NCBI GenBank assembly: GCA_964584035.1
Contig: CAZOYL010000005.1
Coordinates: 1 to 35,569 of the forward strand
Direction of reading: 5' to 3'
From: an uncultured Gemmatimonadota bacterium
GTDB lineage: Bacteria > SM23-81
DNA: 35,569 nt
The translations under genes and the position numbers were made by a program. Below the pieces are notes generated by a model that did no database searches, was not told the DNA's origin, and saw nothing but the letters and a program-made list of their open reading frames with translations. Shown piece after piece: positions 10,601-19,147 of this stretch; the stretch's first letter is position 1, and each line of letters starts with the position of its first letter.

Positions 10601-12770
10601 TGTCATAACCCCAGGAAGTGTCGCCCACCAGGAGGACGCTGGCCGGAGCCGGAGCACTCCAGTGCTGATAGGCGAACCGGAGAAAGTCGCGGATGGCCTC
10701 GGGGCTGAGGATGCCGTCGTTGAACTCATCGTAGATATCCTCCACTCGAACGAGCGCCACCCGGAGTCCCTGGGATCTTCGGAAGTCAGCCAGGGGCAGG
10801 ACACTATCATAGAAATCGGAGTGCACGATGATGATATGATCGGCCCCGCCTGAAAACTCATGGAGGTTCGAGGCCCGGTTGAGTGTCACAGCATCGGGCA
10901 GCTTCATTCGTCCGCGCGTCAGGGCGATATATTGGGTCGGCCGGACCACCTGGTTCTGAAAGGTGACCTGATAGAAGATGCTGTCGGGGCTGATATCGGC
11001 ATTGACGATCTTCTTGCCGGCCAGATCGAAAATCTCGATATCGTTGGTGGTAAATCCCTTCAGACGGAACTCATGCAGCCCCAGGGAACCGCCCTCCGGA
11101 GAGGCAAAGCGGAGCTCATTGTTCTTAGCCTGATATCGACGCCAGAACTTGATGTGAATCCAATTCAGCCGAAACGTATCCACTTCTTGCGCCGGTGTGT
11201 CTCCCAGGTTGCTGATTCTCAAAAGGTTATTACCCTCCCAGAGGTCCGTCCCGGGGCGATCATCGTTATAATATATGAACTCGCTCTGATCGTTCCAAAG
11301 TTCCGTAGCCAGTGATTTACCGTTGAGCGAGATCTTGGTATGATGATTGGGGTGATGAGAATCATAGGTCAGTCCCCGCAACCGCACTTCTATCTCGTAT
11401 GATAGAGTATCGACGATGTCGGACAGCTCAAAGGCATAATCACGGGTGGTATCGGCCCGGAACTGCTCCCACAGCCAGCGGTCAACGCTTTCGTCGCTGA
11501 CCTGCGATAATCGTTCATAGTTCAGATCCTGCTCCAGGTGCAGGGAGGTGCGATAATGCTCGGGAACGATGAGGTTGCCGGGATTCTCCTCCATCAGGGA
11601 GCCATCCTGCTCCACCATCCGCAGGCCGATCTCCCCGCCCCAGTGCAGCCAGTATACGTTGGTGTGCGTGAAGGGATCGTAATAATGCTGATCCCCATAG
11701 TGAATGATCCCCCAGAACTGGATGGCATCGCCGGGATCGAACCGCCCATCCCGAGCACCGGACACATAGATCGGAATCTGCCGGCCCTGACAGGTGATCT
11801 TCACCGTCCGGGGATCGATATTGTTCACCTTCACGCCCTGAGTCTGGAGGTACTCATAGCTCATGTAGTACAGGCCGTCCTCCAAGATGTCGATCTTGTA
11901 GGCGGTGGAATCGCTATAGGGCGTCTGGCTGACGGCCGACTTCGACACGGCCGACTCCGCCGGCAGGCTCCGCCAGGCTCTGGAAGATTCATAATTGAGC
12001 AGAACCTTTTTCAGCACCGATTCGAAGGGTCCCCCGGAGTCAGGAAAGCGGACCGACAGGCCATCGGTCCACCCAGCTCCCGCTTTTCCGCCCACGAAGT
12101 TGAGACGGAATACGATCCGTCGGTGCCAGACCAATTCCCCGGTTGCGGGATTGGCCTGTATGGGCCGTAATTCCACACGGACCAACCGCTGATCTCTGAG
12201 AAAGGCTGTCTCGACCACCTCGACGATTCTGGCCGGATATAAAGCATCCCGGCCGTAGCGGTCCTCGTCCCGGTAAAATTGCAGGTCGGTATAGGATTGA
12301 CCGTCGGCGGTCTGGCGAATGACCTTCTTGGGCGCAGGATAAACCCGGACATCCGGAATTCGATCTGTCTCGCTGAGGACAACCTCGGCGCGCACCTCGA
12401 CCCCTGGAGGGATGCCCACGGTGATCATCTGGGCCGGCAGTTGCGGGGCTCCTTCCTGAAGCATGAGGCCTGCTTCGGGCAGACGGATATGCTGATAGGC
12501 AATGCCCTCCACCATCTCAACAGAGACATCGAAAGACGGTGAGACCCATTCCACCTCCACCCCATCCTCGTCGGAACGGAGCAATTGTAATCCGGTCGTT
12601 CGCTCCGGGTCCAGGATCTCCTGCGGACCGCGACGGATTGAGGCCAGCGAACCACGTCCGTTGTTTGTCTGCGACCACGCTAATGGCGATAGAACGGTCA
12701 CCAGACCGGCGATGGCCAGGCTGACCATAAACAGTCGCGCCATCACGCGGCGAAGGCATTCTGCGTTCAT
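7653..12770 (-). CDS. C25 (gingipain-family) cysteine peptidase, PorU-like sortase; propeptide, C25 domain, CARDB/Ig and FlgD/T9SS-type CTD
   Basis: EGAPQLP propeptide, EDIYDEF, LLVGD, VGRFPV, catalytic FTGHGG and SLTCFVGFF, NLLGDP, C-terminal NHPNPF...WDGRD..G..VANGVYYY; start moved to the ATG at 12770 (SD GGAGAG). Confidence 0.85.
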   Translation of the reverse strand: MNAECLRRVMARLFMVSLAIAGLVTVLSPLAWSQTNNGRGSLASIRRGPQEILDPERTTGLQLLRSDEDGVEVEWVSPSFDVSVEMVEGIAYQHIRLPEAGLMLQEGAPQLPAQMITVGIPPGVEVRAEVVLSETDRIPDVRVYPAPKKVIRQTADGQSYTDLQFYRDEDRYGRDALYPARIVEVVETAFLRDQRLVRVELRPIQANPATGELVWHRRIVFRLNFVGGKAGAGWTDGLSVRFPDSGGPFESVLKKVLLNYESSRAWRSLPAESAVSKSAVSQTPYSDSTAYKIDILEDGLYYMSYEYLQTQGVKVNNIDPRTVKITCQGRQIPIYVSGARDGRFDPGDAIQFWGIIHYGDQHYYDPFTHTNVYWLHWGGEIGLRMVEQDGSLMEENPGNLIVPEHYRTSLHLEQDLNYERLSQVSDESVDRWLWEQFRADTTRDYAFELSDIVDTLSYEIEVRLRGLTYDSHHPNHHTKISLNGKSLATELWNDQSEFIYYNDDRPGTDLWEGNNLLRISNLGDTPAQEVDTFRLNWIHIKFWRRYQAKNNELRFASPEGGSLGLHEFRLKGFTTNDIEIFDLAGKKIVNADISPDSIFYQVTFQNQVVRPTQYIALTRGRMKLPDAVTLNRASNLHEFSGGADHIIIVHSDFYDSVLPLADFRRSQGLRVALVRVEDIYDEFNDGILSPEAIRDFLRFAYQHWSAPAPASVLLVGDTSWGYDKPVTHRSYWKQNCYVPTMMAWTSAWGTSAADNRLVCLVGDDKLPDMFVGRFPVNTVEQADVIVDKVIQYEADPLIGPWRKRIQLLAGEGVSFEAGCVGLDSAFVPPGYDAPRIYTKSGSVHFGTTQDLLDQWKEGVALATFTGHGGGSVWFDANFFLLDHVEFLENERRLPVVLSLTCFVGFFDNNQQSSLGEEILRAKDKGAVAHFGSSGVAWANEDNLLGQNIFESIFEDGVRNLGELFTQGKLGPRRISQELVDVFNLLGDPVTRLGLPEQTVSLSMPDHSLPLEETISLTGSLPGSLEGNVEISLGEVDSTGWLADTTQIDASDKIYTARIPTVQETLSVSGGNFNWQVELPDTMPEYPFYRPTSGQKSVRAYFWNDQTDAIGWAPIYLDAPYIRDIRHQPEEPTAWEDIYILVDVDLGSGLDPDGPDTVKVQWGLRDTWLYNHIPMSHQGGSTYRTNEAFSVQGGAYVYYRVVVHYGGVGGSPSTHSDTSSVRYFQVARIPNLWVAKRDLSAFVQNDQFSVGAWIHNTGVVSLDSVLIQFYDDHPDSNRPIGADQWVTVPASDSIFVSVPWEGPGESHNVYVWLDRYGQIEQAPTFDDRASREFTNTFLITSQQGSSVRGVNARVHHTGGNMGCRIDPGSVNLSSLLLIDDQGADSEDYWQSYDPLTYHQPGLSAAVLKDSSRAAYGLIWSDTSAALNSGGAALTFWYHSQDSLTDLAAQMAHLKICRFDSDIERWVLASEQTITPESTMVQAQIGRLGIFGLFAVEDDQAPLVRINVEGQSFADGDYISSDPIISTAIEDENGIDMSTAAVEITLNGNPVNADEYSLDYSPQTSNLSLLTFAPHLSSGLYAFKVKAWDCLGNVAADSISFGVYSGFEIPFVANHPNPFQTETVFAFVVASDAPAEQVLLKIYTVRGRLIREFRRRSVGPGYVEIVWDGRDSEGEMVANGVYYYKMSITGGNGEKMSPVVGKMAKLE

Positions 12771-12858
12771 CACTCTCTCCAATCTCTTCTGATCTTCGAT
12801 CGATGACATCATCCGGGGCTCACAACCCGGCCGATCTGGGACAGGGCCGGGGGGCAAT

Positions 12859-12966
12859 AAAAAACCGCCGAAACAGAGGTCTCACCTTGTCAACGTCATC
12901 AATAACACCTGCATCGCCTGTATGTAAAAAGGCGATCGACAGGGTTGAGGTCCGCGTCTCGACGGT
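12859..12966 (-). terminator. Long leader hairpin with U-tract upstream of the porU-like gene (candidate attenuator)
   Basis: ACCGUCGAGAC (12956-12966) pairs with GUUUCGGCGGU (12864-12874); ACCCUGUCGA pairs with UUGACAAGGU; followed by a U-run. Confidence 0.6.
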
Positions 12967-13141
12967 TAGCCGATCATCATCCCTTCACTGGAGCCTATGA
13001 GGATCTGCTGAAAAAAAACGATCACTGGGGATGTCGGTCATGTTTTTAAAACCCGTTAGCGAATGCCCTGTAGACACCTCCTTGGAAACGGATGAAACAC
13101 CATCATGAGGAATAGATAAGATCCTCCAACGTTCTTATTTC

Positions 13142-13171
13142 AATATAACATCGACACGCGAAGGTTGTCAA
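13142..13171 (-). promoter_or_regulatory. sigma70-like promoter for porU-porV
   Basis: TTGACA-N18-TATATT with an extended TG. Confidence 0.6.
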
Positions 13172-13505
13172 GAGTATTTCTGCCAGACCATTATGTCTTA
13201 TCTTCATCAGAACCATTCGGTCATCCGGTGCTGCGACCGGGCAGGAAAGATCATGATCCTGCGGCGTTCATTCCATATCAGGATAAAGCATGTTTCCCCC
13301 TCCCTCACCGTTCGCCGGGAGGAATGGTTCGGCCAGTCTTCGGACGGTCCGCTTTTCAGCCTAAGCGACGCCCTTTGTGGACTTAAGCAAATCCCGTGCC
13401 GAGAAATTGTCCGGCCGGTGGACCATCGGCCGCCGCGCTGATCCCAAGGCGATCTCATTGCCAAGGAGCCGGCGAACTCCACCCGGGTATGTCTTCGCCG
13501 GTCCC

Positions 13506-14399
13506 TCAGCGCGGCACGCGGACATACAGTCCTCCCGGCAGGACGCTGATGCGCACATGGGCGCACTGGTCGAGAAATTCCCCATCCACATGCACGGGAA
13601 CCGGCCGGCTGGATATCAATTCAAGAGAATCGGCGCGGACCATCTCCCACTGGGGCACGGTGTCGATACGACCCGAAAAAAGCCTGGGCCAATAGAATAG
13701 CGCTTGGAGGAGATTCAGGCGGCGAATGATACAGATATCGAGCAGTCCATCGTCCGGTTTGGCCTGAGGCGCGATGATGGCCCCGCCGCCGAATTGACTG
13801 GTGTTGGCCGCCGTGACCATAAGCGGCGCCACCGATATGATGCGATCGCCGATCCGCAATTGAACAGGGTACGGCCGGTATTGAAAGAAACCCGTCAGGG
13901 CGCTGAGGAAATAACTCCACAGACCCCGTTGTTTTCCCCATCTCTGCTCGAAAAGTTGTCCCACCAGAGCATCGTATCCAATGCCGGCCACCCCTAAAAA
14001 AAACCGGCCATTCATCTCTCCGACATCGATCCTGCGGCTATGGCCCTCAGCGATCACCCGGCATGCCTCTTCGGAGTTCAGTGGAATGCCCAGAGTGCGG
14101 GAGATGCCGTTACCGGATCCCGCGGGAATGATTCCCAGGGGCACATCGCTGTTCACCAGACCGCAGACCGCCTCGTTGATGGTGCCGTCCCCTCCGGCGA
14201 CCACCACCATCCCATAACCATTTTGGACCGCCTCGTGAGCCAGCACCGTACACTGGAATTTCTCGGTCAATTGGATCATCTCGGCTTCGAGACCGTAGTT
14301 CAGAAATACGGACTGCAGCTCGACAAGATCCCCTCGTGACCGAAACTGGAATCCGGAACTTGGATTCACAAGCACTCTGACCTTCATAGTGGTATCCAA
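13506..14399 (-). CDS. Diacylglycerol/lipid kinase (YegS/DagK family)
   Basis: VNPSSG, AGGDGT, IPAGSGN, GIGYDA, FGGG, DDGLLD, VDGE. Confidence 0.92.
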   Translation of the reverse strand: MDTTMKVRVLVNPSSGFQFRSRGDLVELQSVFLNYGLEAEMIQLTEKFQCTVLAHEAVQNGYGMVVVAGGDGTINEAVCGLVNSDVPLGIIPAGSGNGISRTLGIPLNSEEACRVIAEGHSRRIDVGEMNGRFFLGVAGIGYDALVGQLFEQRWGKQRGLWSYFLSALTGFFQYRPYPVQLRIGDRIISVAPLMVTAANTSQFGGGAIIAPQAKPDDGLLDICIIRRLNLLQALFYWPRLFSGRIDTVPQWEMVRADSLELISSRPVPVHVDGEFLDQCAHVRISVLPGGLYVRVPR

Positions 14400-14570
14400 C
14401 TCCCCTCAAGGCCAGGCATATCCATGTGATTTTGGCAGGATGAGACGCGAAAGCTGATGGACCCCGCAACGGGAGGTTGACGGAATGCTCCTGATTCATT
14501 GCTAATATAATTGCCGGGAAAAGTCAAGTGAAAAACGGGCAGTGGTCAGGTTCATGCTTGAGCCGGAGAT

Positions 14571-14599
14571 AAAAAAGGGGGATGATCATCCCCCTTTTT
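14571..14599. terminator. Bidirectional intrinsic terminator after the GGDEF-like gene
   Basis: Perfect palindrome AAAAAGGGGGATGA|TCATCCCCCTTTTT. Confidence 0.85.
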
Positions 14600-14636
14600 C
14601 ATCAACACAGCTTTGCTTGAAAATATAGCCGTCAGT

Positions 14637-15215
14637 CTACTCTGGACTCCGCAAAACGGAGGAACCGCCGTTCAGAGGTGAACTGGCAACCTGGAGGAGA
14701 TCATCCTGATGAGCACCGTCTTCCGGAAAAGAGGCTATGCCGATATTCAGGGGCTCCTCTTTGAGCCCCTGGAGTTCCTCCGAGAGACTGCTGCCCGTAA
14801 TTTTCTCGCTCAATCTCTCGGCCAATCGGAAGGCACCTTCTTTGGGGGTTTCGGTCAGCAGCACGGCCAGCCGATTCTTCCCCAATTTGGCCAATACATC
14901 CGTGGCCCGCACGGTCGTGCCGACCAGTTGCCCCAGGTCTTTGATCGCCTTGACCTCCGCTGAAGAGCTCTGATCCGCTAATGCAGAGCTCATATCGATC
15001 AAGACCAGGGATAGGAACTCACAATACCGTTCGGCTCTCCGGAGTTCTTGGGTAAATCTCCTCTCGAAGTAGCCCTGAGAATATAGTTGAGTTACTTCAT
15101 CGAATTCGCTCATCTTCTCCAGAAGGGAGATGCGTTTCCGCAACGATTCGTTATCAGACTTCATTTTGCGGAGCTGCTTTTCGAATTGGCCGTGACCATT
15201 TTCCGTCACTTCCAT
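14637..15215 (-). CDS. Coiled-coil + degenerate GGDEF-domain protein with an intact RxxD I-site
   Basis: DEVTQLY, ELRRAERY, SLVLID, RATDVLAKL-GKNRL, IGIASFPEDG; start moved to the ATG at 15215 (SD AAGGAG). Confidence 0.8.
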   Translation of the reverse strand: MEVTENGHGQFEKQLRKMKSDNESLRKRISLLEKMSEFDEVTQLYSQGYFERRFTQELRRAERYCEFLSLVLIDMSSALADQSSSAEVKAIKDLGQLVGTTVRATDVLAKLGKNRLAVLLTETPKEGAFRLAERLSEKITGSSLSEELQGLKEEPLNIGIASFPEDGAHQDDLLQVASSPLNGGSSVLRSPE

Positions 15216-15379
15216 GATGTCTCCTTGCGCTTGAGCGAAGCATGCGTCTCCCTGCCGAATCGATCGCACCATGAGCGGTGGACAGAACCGACGAGAGATG
15301 ATGATGACGACCGTTTTGCTCTTCGCTGGAAACCCATTCGCTCCTTGTTACCAGACGAAGTAACCCATTTATGAGAATG

Positions 15380-15395
15380 GCAAACTCTATGCCAA
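15380..15395 (-). promoter_or_regulatory. sigma54 promoter for the GGDEF-like gene
   Basis: Minus strand TTGGCATAGAGTTTGC. Confidence 0.85.
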
Positions 15396-15461
15396 CTTCT
15401 GATCGGTAAACCTCTTCTCTCCCAAGGATTTTTCTAACGCAGGGCGATATACGGACCTATC

Positions 15462-15518
15462 AGAAAGAAAATCCCCACCGCCTGTGTCAGGAAGAGGTCT
15501 GCTGACTAACGGTGGGGA
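15462..15518 (-). terminator. Terminator of the prsK-prsR operon
   Basis: TCCCCACCG/CGGTGGGGA stem with an inner GTCAG/CTGAC stem, then TTTTCTTTCT on the minus strand. Confidence 0.6.
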
Positions 15519-15524
15519 GTAAAG

Positions 15525-15609
15525 TGTCAAGAATAGTGACAGTCTGGAATCGGATATCCGGTGCAAGCTCTTGTTAATAAAGTGATTTATTCTGTATAAG
15601 AATCCGACA
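15525..15609. promoter_or_regulatory. Two TGT-N11-ACA enhancer boxes (candidate PrsR sites)
   Basis: TGTCAAGAATAGTGACA (15525-15541) and TGTATAAGAATCCGACA (15593-15609), 130-215 bp upstream of the sigma54 site, with an AT-rich IHF-like segment between them. Confidence 0.6.
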
Positions 15610-15614
15610 AGGCT

Positions 15615-16997
15615 TTAGGCGTATTCCCCCTTGGAAATCTCATGTTTGCCCAAAAGATCATACAGGGTCGCTCGACTGACCCCCAGCTCCCGCGCCGATC
15701 GTGAGATGTTGGCCTTGTTCCTCGACAGAACCTCCGTGATCATCTTCTTCTCCAGTCGATCCTTGGCCTCACGCAGGGTCAGACGGCCCCTTTTCTCGGT
15801 CACCAGCAAATCGAGATCTTCGGGAAGGGCGCGCTTTCCCCGAGACATAATCACCGCTCGTTTCACGCGGTTTTCCAATTCCCTGACATTGCCGGGCCAG
15901 CCATAGTTTTGCAGCTGCAACAGGGCTTCAGAGGAAAAGGATTGGATATTTTTACCATATTCTTTGTTGAAATGTTGAAGAAAAGAATTGGCCAAAAGGA
16001 CGATATCATCTCCCCGATCCCGCAACGGCGGGAGAGAGATGGATACTACACTGAGCCGATAATAGAGATCTTCACGGAAGCGCCCCTTTTCCATCTCCAG
16101 TTGAAGATCCTTATTGGTGGCCGCGATGATGCGGACATCAAGTTCTATGGATTCCCGGCCGCCGACACGCTCAATCTCTCTTTCCTGTAGAAAACGAAGA
16201 ATCTTCACCTGGAGCGCGGTGCTGAGCTCCCCGATTTCATCGAGAAAGATGGTCCCTTTATTGGCCAGTTCAAACCGCCCCTTTTTTCTCTCTACAGCGC
16301 CCGTAAAGGCGCCCTTTTCATAACCGAACAACTCACTTTCTAAAAGGTTTTCAGGTATCGCGCCGCAGTTGATCGGCACGAAAGGTTTCCCCTGACGCAA
16401 GCTTTGACGGTGGATGGCCTTGGCCACCAGTTCCTTGCCGGTGCCGCTTTCCCCGAAGACAAGGACCGTGGCGTTGGTCGTGGCCACACGATCCACCAGG
16501 TCGAAGACTTTCATCATATGGGGGCAGCTGCCGATGATATCGTGGAAGCGCCGCTCGGCCTCCAGTTTCTCCATGAGCTGTTCATTCTCCCGCTCCAGCC
16601 TCTGGATGGTGATGGCTCTGCCGATGATAATTTTCATCTCGCTCAGGTCAATAGGCTTATTAAAATAATCATATGCGCCCATATGAATGGCTTTCAAAGC
16701 CACCTGTTTCAATTCGTTACCGGTGATCATGATGACCTTGATCTTGGGATCGATCTCCATGGTTTTACGGAGAATCTCGAATCCTTCCTCGTTCTGCTCG
16801 AATGGCGATAGACTGATATCCAGAGCCACCACCTGGGGATGTTGCTCGCCGACGATCTCCACGGCCGTAGCGGCATCCTCGGCCAGGAGAACCCGGTACT
16901 GCTCCTTCAGAGCCCACATGAGTTGATCACGGATACCCTGATCGTCATCGACGATCAGCACAGTGTCTTTCTCCTTGTCGCGATCATCCTGTTTCAT
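15615..16997 (-). CDS. prsR: PEP-CTERM-box-type sigma54 response regulator PrsR
   Basis: IVDDDQGIRDQL.WAL, VALDISLSP...[30 protein letters not shown], Fis HTH; ATGA overlap with prsK. Confidence 0.85.
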   Translation of the reverse strand: MKQDDRDKEKDTVLIVDDDQGIRDQLMWALKEQYRVLLAEDAATAVEIVGEQHPQVVALDISLSPFEQNEEGFEILRKTMEIDPKIKVIMITGNELKQVALKAIHMGAYDYFNKPIDLSEMKIIIGRAITIQRLERENEQLMEKLEAERRFHDIIGSCPHMMKVFDLVDRVATTNATVLVFGESGTGKELVAKAIHRQSLRQGKPFVPINCGAIPENLLESELFGYEKGAFTGAVERKKGRFELANKGTIFLDEIGELSTALQVKILRFLQEREIERVGGRESIELDVRIIAATNKDLQLEMEKGRFREDLYYRLSVVSISLPPLRDRGDDIVLLANSFLQHFNKEYGKNIQSFSSEALLQLQNYGWPGNVRELENRVKRAVIMSRGKRALPEDLDLLVTEKRGRLTLREAKDRLEKKMITEVLSRNKANISRSARELGVSRATLYDLLGKHEISKGEYA

Positions 16998-19147
16998 TCA
17001 ATCTCTTTCCTGATAGAATGTTGGACTGGCAAACGAACCGTGAAAACGGTGCCTTCCTGTTCCCTGCTGGTGACCTCGATCCGCCCGCCATGCGCCTCGA
17101 CGGCCTCCCGGCATTGATACAGACCGATGCCCAGACCTTTCTTTTTGGTGGTCTGGAACGGCCGGAAGAGGCGATGTTTGACGAATTCCTGACTCATTCC
17201 TGATCCGGAATCGGCCACCTCGATCTGCACCCATCGACCGGGGTCCGTTTCATGACCAGCCCGCGCTCCGGTCCCGTTCTGTACCATACTGGTGGAGACC
17301 TTCAATCTGCCGCCACCGGGCATGGCTTCGACAGCATTGATGATCAGGTTGGTAAGCACCTTCTCCATATACGTCCGGTCTACATGGGTCAGGGGAATCT
17401 CTTGAAGATCTTCTATATACTCAATACGATTCAGCCTATTGACCTTCGTTTTGAAGACCACCTCTTGAACGACCTGATTCAAGTCCTGGGGCTGGCGGCT
17501 TAACGGCATGTCCTTGGGCATGGTGCGCATCTTTCCCATGAGTCCCTTCATTCTTTCCACGGTTCCGGCGATGGTCCGGATCATGCTCTCGCGAAATTGA
17601 GGATCCTCCATGTTGCTGGCCGCGTTCTCCAGCATCATGGAGAGTGCGGAAACGGAATTCTTCAGATCGTGAACCACAAATGAGGAGACCTTATGCATGA
17701 ACTCAAGTTCCCGATTGATCACCAGCTCCTGGCTCAATCTGGCATTGAGGATGGCCATGGACAGGTGGTTTCCGATGGCCTCGAGAAGTTCGAGATCCAC
17801 GCCGGAGTATGACCCTCCGGATCTGGCCGGGCCAAGAGCCAACAGACCGACCAGCTTTCGCTTGGTAACCAAGGGCACCAGCACCGCCAATCCCAGTTGA
17901 CGAAAATGGTCTCTTTGGCCGGAAATCGCGGCACTCATATTTTTCTCGAAGCGGGCATCGTTCAACTGAATCGGCTGGCCGAGGACGAACAGCCAGTCGA
18001 GGAAATCGCTGTCCCTGGGGATGCGGAGATCATCATCGAGATCGATCGATTCGACGATTCTGAAATCTCCGCCGGTTTCCTCCGGCGCTAAAACACAACC
18101 GTTACGGGCGTCGATCGTCTCCAGGGCCATCTGCAGGAACCGTGTTACGATCACATCCAGGTTCAGCAGGCTGGACATCTCTTCGCTGAATCGCAACCAT
18201 TGCTCGCGATAATCGTAGCGACCACGGTAGAAGTTCCGATCGATGAATCGTTTTACCCGTTTCTTCAGAGAACCCGAGAGCAGCAGAACCAGCGACATCA
18301 CCAGCATCAGAAAAGCGGCCAGAATAGTGAAGAATAAACTGAGATTGCCGCCGATCACGCTGATCAGCTTGCCCACCAATCCTATCAACACCAGATAGCC
18401 GCCCACCAGAAGGAGAATGGCCGATGAATAGACCGCTCCCCGGCCCACATAGATATCGACCTGCAGCAGTCGATAGCGAACAATATCGTAGGCCACCAGC
18501 AGACTGGATATGGCGACGATGCCCGATCCCAGATATAGGTTTGGCGAGGGGATACGTGACAGTAACAGCCCCTGGCTGCACAGAAAGATGAGATACAGCA
18601 GGCCGCTCATCAGCCCATAGAGAGCATAGCGCCCGCCCCGTTGTTTGACCCGCCGGTAGGTATTCTCTAAAGTGACCAGCATGATGACGGTTGTAAGCAG
18701 CAGATAAATAAGAAACCAGCGGCCCCAGTTGGTGAAGCGAATCTCGCTCAGCCATGATAGTCCGGCTCCGCGGGGCAATACCATCAATCGGCCGGCCAAT
18801 AGCAGTGACAGGAATCCACAGCCGAGGAATACAAGCAGGCCAAGATAGATGCGTTTATTCTTCAGAATCTCTTCTGGCCTGGGTTGAAACAGCACCAGGC
18901 TGAATACAGACCATGTCACCGGCAGGAAACAGAGGCTTGCCAGAGACAACTGGTACCACAAAAAAGAACCCGAGGCGCTTGCGCTGATCCCGGCCAGAAA
19001 ATGGCCCAGCTCGACCAGGACGACAGTCAGAACACTCAGCGTAAAGATCTTGGTTACCAGGACGCGCGGATTCCGCCGCCAGACGACCAGAGCCAGCAGG
19101 GTGACAAGAATGATATTCAATAACGGGAGAACATCCAGAACACTCAT
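16994..19147 (-). CDS. prsK: PrsK-type membrane histidine kinase (multi-TM, GAF, HisKA, HATPase)
   Basis: About 8 TM segments, FIDRNFYRGRYDYREQWLRFS signature, SSFVVHDLKN, FRPFQTTKKKGLGIGLYQ; start at ATG 19147 overlapping the upstream TGA. Confidence 0.88.
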   Translation of the reverse strand: MSVLDVLPLLNIILVTLLALVVWRRNPRVLVTKIFTLSVLTVVLVELGHFLAGISASASGSFLWYQLSLASLCFLPVTWSVFSLVLFQPRPEEILKNKRIYLGLLVFLGCGFLSLLLAGRLMVLPRGAGLSWLSEIRFTNWGRWFLIYLLLTTVIMLVTLENTYRRVKQRGGRYALYGLMSGLLYLIFLCSQGLLLSRIPSPNLYLGSGIVAISSLLVAYDIVRYRLLQVDIYVGRGAVYSSAILLLVGGYLVLIGLVGKLISVIGGNLSLFFTILAAFLMLVMSLVLLLSGSLKKRVKRFIDRNFYRGRYDYREQWLRFSEEMSSLLNLDVIVTRFLQMALETIDARNGCVLAPEETGGDFRIVESIDLDDDLRIPRDSDFLDWLFVLGQPIQLNDARFEKNMSAAISGQRDHFRQLGLAVLVPLVTKRKLVGLLALGPARSGGSYSGVDLELLEAIGNHLSMAILNARLSQELVINRELEFMHKVSSFVVHDLKNSVSALSMMLENAASNMEDPQFRESMIRTIAGTVERMKGLMGKMRTMPKDMPLSRQPQDLNQVVQEVVFKTKVNRLNRIEYIEDLQEIPLTHVDRTYMEKVLTNLIINAVEAMPGGGRLKVSTSMVQNGTGARAGHETDPGRWVQIEVADSGSGMSQEFVKHRLFRPFQTTKKKGLGIGLYQCREAVEAHGGRIEVTSREQEGTVFTVRLPVQHSIRKEIE

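Noticed and set aside
9753..10853. 366-aa plus-strand ORF (and the similar one at 28755-29825)
   Set aside because: Lies wholly opposite well-supported minus-strand genes and has no domain signal
13056..13110. ATGATGGTGTTTCAT resembling a fluoride riboswitch 5' end, or a 16-codon leader ORF
   Set aside because: The downstream riboswitch consensus is missing, there is no fluoride-related gene, and the uORF has poor SD spacing
14498..14531. TTGACT/TATATT elements upstream of the lipid kinase
   Set aside because: Best -35 and -10 are only 12 bp apart; alternative pairings are weak
15205..15345. Possible ~42-aa uORF overlapping the GGDEF-like start
   Set aside because: SD only 3 nt from the ATG, low-complexity product, no other support
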